Part shown: positions 60,574 through 64,000 of the stretch, in pieces
How the letters are laid out: each line of letters starts with the position of its first letter
Numbering within the stretch: position 1 is the stretch's first letter
Source: Nitrospirales bacterium
Lineage (GTDB): Bacteria; Nitrospirota; Nitrospiria; Nitrospirales; UBA8639
DNA length: 64,000 nucleotides
Direction of reading: 5' to 3'
NCBI GenBank assembly: GCA_965223295.1
Contig: CBDCWC010000003.1
Coordinates: 992,001 to 1,056,000, forward strand
The notes under the pieces: generated by a model
Databases searched by the model: none
Told to the model about the DNA's origin: nothing
What the model saw: the letters and a program-made list of their open reading frames with translations, nothing else
Position numbers and translations under genes: made by a program

Positions 60574-61032
60574 ATGAAACGAATCTCTTTTTACTCTGTT
60601 CTAATCTGTATTCTCCTTTCACCAGCATTAGCCTCCGCAGGCAACCTCGAAGCCGTGCAAGCCTGCTTGTTATCCTGGAAAGATCATCCTTTTAATGGAC
60701 AAAATCCTTCTTATAGAACAGTGTCCGGGAAGTTCAAAATCTTTGGGATTGGCGAAGACATCAATGAATCAGTTGCCACTGATGACCCCGAGTTGGTCTT
60801 GATCCTGCCCAACGTCAGCGTCATGACCGGATCCAGCATGACCTTAATGAATCCCAATGGTTGGTACTGCCTGAGTTCGAAGGTCAATGTGATGTCTTCC
60901 ACGACCATCAATTTGCACTGCAATGCGCAATTGGCTTCCAGTAAAGATGGTACGACCGTCTTGGGTGGTGGGGACGATAAAGGTGTGACGGTGATGGGAA
61001 AAGCCACAATCAATCGTGTAGGATGCGAGTAA
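60574..61032 (+). CDS. Secreted hypothetical protein
   Basis: Signal peptide ending ALASA; several Cys. Confidence 0.75.
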   Translation: MKRISFYSVLICILLSPALASAGNLEAVQACLLSWKDHPFNGQNPSYRTVSGKFKIFGIGEDINESVATDDPELVLILPNVSVMTGSSMTLMNPNGWYCLSSKVNVMSSTTINLHCNAQLASSKDGTTVLGGGDDKGVTVMGKATINRVGCE

Positions 61033-61044
61033 AAATCTCAAGCA

Positions 61045-61076
61045 CTCAAACGTGCATTCAACCATGCACGTTTGAG
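61045..61076. terminator. Hairpin between convergent genes
   Basis: Perfect 13-bp stem CTCAAACGTGCAT / ATGCACGTTTGAG. Confidence 0.65.
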
Positions 61077-61114
61077 ACTGAGATGATCATCTTCGATCTT
61101 GCTCTATTCCAGAG

Positions 61115-61441
61115 CTACCTACTTTGTGAGTCAGTTTCTGTGTTAATTTGATTCAACAGTGCTTCGACCGGAGTTTCCAGTTGCTTGTTCTTGTTGCAGG
61201 TTTGGCAAGCTGGGACGATATTCCCCCGAGTGCTCGTTCCACCGCGCGCTAATGGCACGAGATGATCCATCGTGAGCTGGTCGGGTCCAACTACTTGCTC
61301 ACAAAAATGGCAAATCCTTTTTTGTTTTTGGGCTGTCCACCAAGAAGACTTCCGAAGCTTTCTGGCTTTATCCCGCTCCACTTTGATATGGCGCTGGACC
61401 GTTTCGTCGTCCCCTAGGTCGTAAAAATTTTTTTTGGTCAT
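61115..61441 (-). CDS. Small HNH endonuclease family protein
   Basis: CHFC...LTMDHLVPLARGG...NIVPACQTCNKNK. Confidence 0.9.
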   Translation of the reverse strand: MTKKNFYDLGDDETVQRHIKVERDKARKLRKSSWWTAQKQKRICHFCEQVVGPDQLTMDHLVPLARGGTSTRGNIVPACQTCNKNKQLETPVEALLNQINTETDSQSR

Positions 61442-61528
61442 AATTTAGGCTTTGGGGCTCATCGCCTCTAGGGGCAAAGGAGAATTCTACCCTTTTTGGC
61501 AGAAAGGGAACCAGAAGTTTTCACTGAG

Positions 61529-61618
61529 GAGAGCATTGAATATTATAACGCACCAGAGACAAATTTGCCCATGATGATGTGGGTTCCCCAAAGCCTTGTG
61601 GCTTTTTTCAACAGCCCC
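61529..61618 (+). mobile_element. MITE family A (arm B), core-deleted
   Basis: GAGAGCATTGAATATTATAACGCACCAGAG...TTTTTTCAACAGCCCC. Confidence 0.8.
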
Positions 61619-61628
61619 TTGAAGAAAT

Positions 61629-62429
61629 TTAGTCGAGGGCAAGGGTGAGGCATTTCGCGGAGCCTCCTGCTTTAAGAAATTCGTCCAGTTCAACAGGGTG
61701 AGGTTGATACCCTTTATTGGATAGTAAATTCATCGTCACCGGGCATCCGGTGGGAAGGACGACATGGCGATTGACACATACGGCGTTGCAGGCAAATCGT
61801 CTAGCCTCTTCCGGAGGAATAGCTAAGCGTTGAGAAGGCTGAATGCGGGATTCAATGACTTGTCGAGCATAAGAATCAAAGGCTTCTGGAAAATAAAGCA
61901 GTTCTCCCCCGCTTAATGGGCAAAAGCAGGTGTCCAGATGGTAAAACCGTTGGTCAATGAGTTCTAATGGAAGAATCTCTTTGCGAAAAATTTCGGTTAA
62001 ACGATCATAGGCTCCAATGTCGCTGCGCTGCCGGTATCCGGCGAACCAGACATCTTTAAAACCCAGGAGATCCCCGGCTCCCTCAAAGTAAAATGCGGAA
62101 TCCAAGGCAATCACTTCGTAGCCCTGCCTGGCAAACCAGTCGATGAAATACTCTTCTTCCCGTTGACGTTCGGTATGCCGAAAACGGCTAGGGACGGCTT
62201 TCCCATCCCAGATGACTCCGGCGTTGGCGGTAAACACCAAATCTGGCAATCCCTTGACTGGGTCCATGAGTTCAATCTTTGCCCCGACGTCTTCTTCCAA
62301 TACTTTTTTGAGCATGTGCCACTGGTTTTGTGCGAAGGTAGAGTTGGAATTATTAGATAGTCGCATCCAAGGATTAATTTCATACTCAATTCCAAAATAA
62401 TCCGGGGGGCACATTAACAGGCGGCTCAT
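61629..62429 (-). CDS. Amidinotransferase / arginine dihydrolase-like protein
   Basis: LMCPPDYF..YEINPWM, PDLVFTAN, FEGAGD, FYHLDTCF, KAGGSAKCL. Confidence 0.9.
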   Translation of the reverse strand: MSRLLMCPPDYFGIEYEINPWMRLSNNSNSTFAQNQWHMLKKVLEEDVGAKIELMDPVKGLPDLVFTANAGVIWDGKAVPSRFRHTERQREEEYFIDWFARQGYEVIALDSAFYFEGAGDLLGFKDVWFAGYRQRSDIGAYDRLTEIFRKEILPLELIDQRFYHLDTCFCPLSGGELLYFPEAFDSYARQVIESRIQPSQRLAIPPEEARRFACNAVCVNRHVVLPTGCPVTMNLLSNKGYQPHPVELDEFLKAGGSAKCLTLALD

Positions 62430-62433
62430 TACC

Positions 62434-63672
62434 TTATCCCTGCCATCCCAATTCATGTGCAAGTTCGCGTAGGAAAGATGAAGAGTCCATGACGAGTCCA
62501 ACGGCCTGAAAACTGCCACGATCACTGAGTTTCGTCGGCACGGCAGGGTTAATGTCTACACATACTGTCGGCACGGTCGCTGGTAACAAGTTGCCGGTAG
62601 CTACGGCATGCAGGGTAGACGCGACGAGCAAGGCCAGATCGACACCAGGGAGAGCGGCGCGCATCGCCTTCTGTGCTTCAATGGAATCGGTGATGACATT
62701 GGGTAGAGGTCCGTCATCACGAATCGTGCCAGCCAACACCATGTTGACCTTTTGTTGTACACAAGCTGCGACTATCCCATCGGTGATGACGCCTTGTTCA
62801 ACCGCTGCTCGGATACTGCCTATTGCTCGAATTTTGTTGATCGTGCGCAGATGATGTTCATGGCCGTGAGGAACCGATCGTCCAGCTCCTAAATTGTAGC
62901 CGAGGGACGTGCCATACAGGTTGGCTTCCATATCATGGGCTGCCAGGGCGTTTCCACAAAAAAGCACGTGAATGTAGCCTTCTTGAATGATCCAAGCTAA
63001 CGCCTCTCGGCCGCCAGCATGAACGATAGCTGGTCCTCCTGCAAATAGCACTTTGGGGGGTTCCTGGTTTCGCAACCGGCGTTCCCTAATCATTTGCATT
63101 CGCCTCGCGACATCTCCTATCACATGACGATAGGGTCGTTCAGACGAGACTTGGGCTTCCATGAAACCGAACACATCACGTTCCGCAGGACGTTCCAGAG
63201 GGAACACGCGAATGCCATCTCTACCCACCACCACGAGATCTCCTTTCTTAACCGACCCCATTGGGACCATCCTGGCAGATAGTGGTGCGGAGTTCACGAC
63301 AATGGCAAGGTCCATTTCGGTTTGATGCACATCAAGCCAGGAGCCTTGATATCGGATTTGTGTGGGGAGATGGGAGGTAGCATAAAAATTTTCGGGCAAT
63401 ACCCCATTAGCAGGGGCCGGAGTGAGAGCACAGTCCTGTTCATTTTCAACGATGGCTCCATGCGGCTGGATGGCTTCCAAAATTTCTTGCAAAAGCTGCG
63501 TGTTTGCTACTTCAATGCAGATTTTCGCTTCGGAAAGATCTTCCCGATTAGTCCCGACTTTCACATTGTTCAGAGTAAAAGTCCCTCCCAACATCACAAT
63601 AGTGTCCAAGACTTTGGCGAGAATCAGTGAGTCGATGATATGTCCCTGAAGGGTAACGGTTTGGGAAACCAT
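62434..63672 (-). CDS. TIGR00300 family LOR/SDH protein (ornithine cyclodeaminase of AgrE C-terminal type)
   Basis: GHIIDS, VSSERP, GPAIVHAG, GNALAAHD, IRDDGPLP, KLSDRGS. Confidence 0.9.
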   Translation of the reverse strand: MVSQTVTLQGHIIDSLILAKVLDTIVMLGGTFTLNNVKVGTNREDLSEAKICIEVANTQLLQEILEAIQPHGAIVENEQDCALTPAPANGVLPENFYATSHLPTQIRYQGSWLDVHQTEMDLAIVVNSAPLSARMVPMGSVKKGDLVVVGRDGIRVFPLERPAERDVFGFMEAQVSSERPYRHVIGDVARRMQMIRERRLRNQEPPKVLFAGGPAIVHAGGREALAWIIQEGYIHVLFCGNALAAHDMEANLYGTSLGYNLGAGRSVPHGHEHHLRTINKIRAIGSIRAAVEQGVITDGIVAACVQQKVNMVLAGTIRDDGPLPNVITDSIEAQKAMRAALPGVDLALLVASTLHAVATGNLLPATVPTVCVDINPAVPTKLSDRGSFQAVGLVMDSSSFLRELAHELGWQG

Positions 63673-63721
63673 GTTTGTATTGTATCACTTATCTCTGTTA
63701 ATGCCTCTCAAGAAAGAAGGT

Positions 63722-63911
63722 GGGTCTGTTGAAAAAAGCCGTCAGCGGTGTTCTCGCCATTTTTCCGTGCTCACGTAGGACCAGTACGCTCCGCGCGGGA
63801 AAATAGCTCCGGCCTTGCTGAACGGACTTTTTTGAACCGACCCGAAGCTCTCATGGTCAACGGGTCCCTACAGAAATATGGCCCCCGATATCTTCAGTAT
63901 TCAACAACCCC
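63722..63911 (-). mobile_element. MITE family A, full length, AAGGT TSD
   Basis: GGGTCTGTTGAA...TTCAACAACCCC flanked by AAGGT. Confidence 0.92.
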
Positions 63912-63933
63912 AAGGTGGATTCAAAAGCGATAT

Positions 63934-63967
63934 CGACCAATGATATACTGCGACCAATGATATACTG
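63934..63967. repeat. Perfect 17-bp tandem duplication
   Basis: CGACCAATGATATACTG x2. Confidence 0.85.
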
Positions 63968-64000
63968 AGGGAGTGTTTTGGGGCAGAGTAAAAATGAATA

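Noticed and set aside
61115-61441. HNH gene as a mobile or defence nuclease
   Set aside because: Small stand-alone HNH with no methylase, intron or array context
2054-63911. Dispersed repeats as a CRISPR array or integron attC sites
   Set aside because: No regular repeat-spacer period, no cas1/cas2 or intI; TIRs and TSDs indicate MITEs

Overview
A 64-kb bacterial chromosomal segment. Gene content and the repeat family suggest Nitrospirota (Nitrospirales); this is an inference, not a database result. The housekeeping backbone comprises 5' ftsK, rsmA, fmt, yebC, ruvA, murJ, dtd, bcp, dcd, lipB, ybgC, gmhA, apaH, selO, ssrA (tmRNA) and tRNA-Gln(UUG). Accessory content: (i) an Rrf2/CymR-like sulfate assimilation operon with an unusual sulfite reductase-HEPN-TusA fusion plus DsrE-like and TrpD/YbiB-like genes; (ii) a co-oriented run of ATP-grasp ligase, glutaredoxin, KamA aminomutase, dCTP deaminase, two glycosyltransferases and an SDR, possibly an undescribed beta-amino-acid conjugate pathway; (iii) an orphan CARF-HEPN (TIGR02710-like) protein with degenerate motifs and no CRISPR locus; (iv) a TonB receptor / periplasmic binding protein / histidine kinase / sigma54 activator module with candidate tandem TATCT-N4-AGATA enhancer boxes; (v) a split ArgZ/AgrE-like arginine catabolism pair; (vi) seven toxin-antitoxin modules, four with decayed toxins; (vii) 11 copies of a modular MITE with 5-bp target duplications, plus one copy of a second MITE, several of which rewrite gene junctions. 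No CRISPR array, rRNA, intact transposase or integrase was seen.
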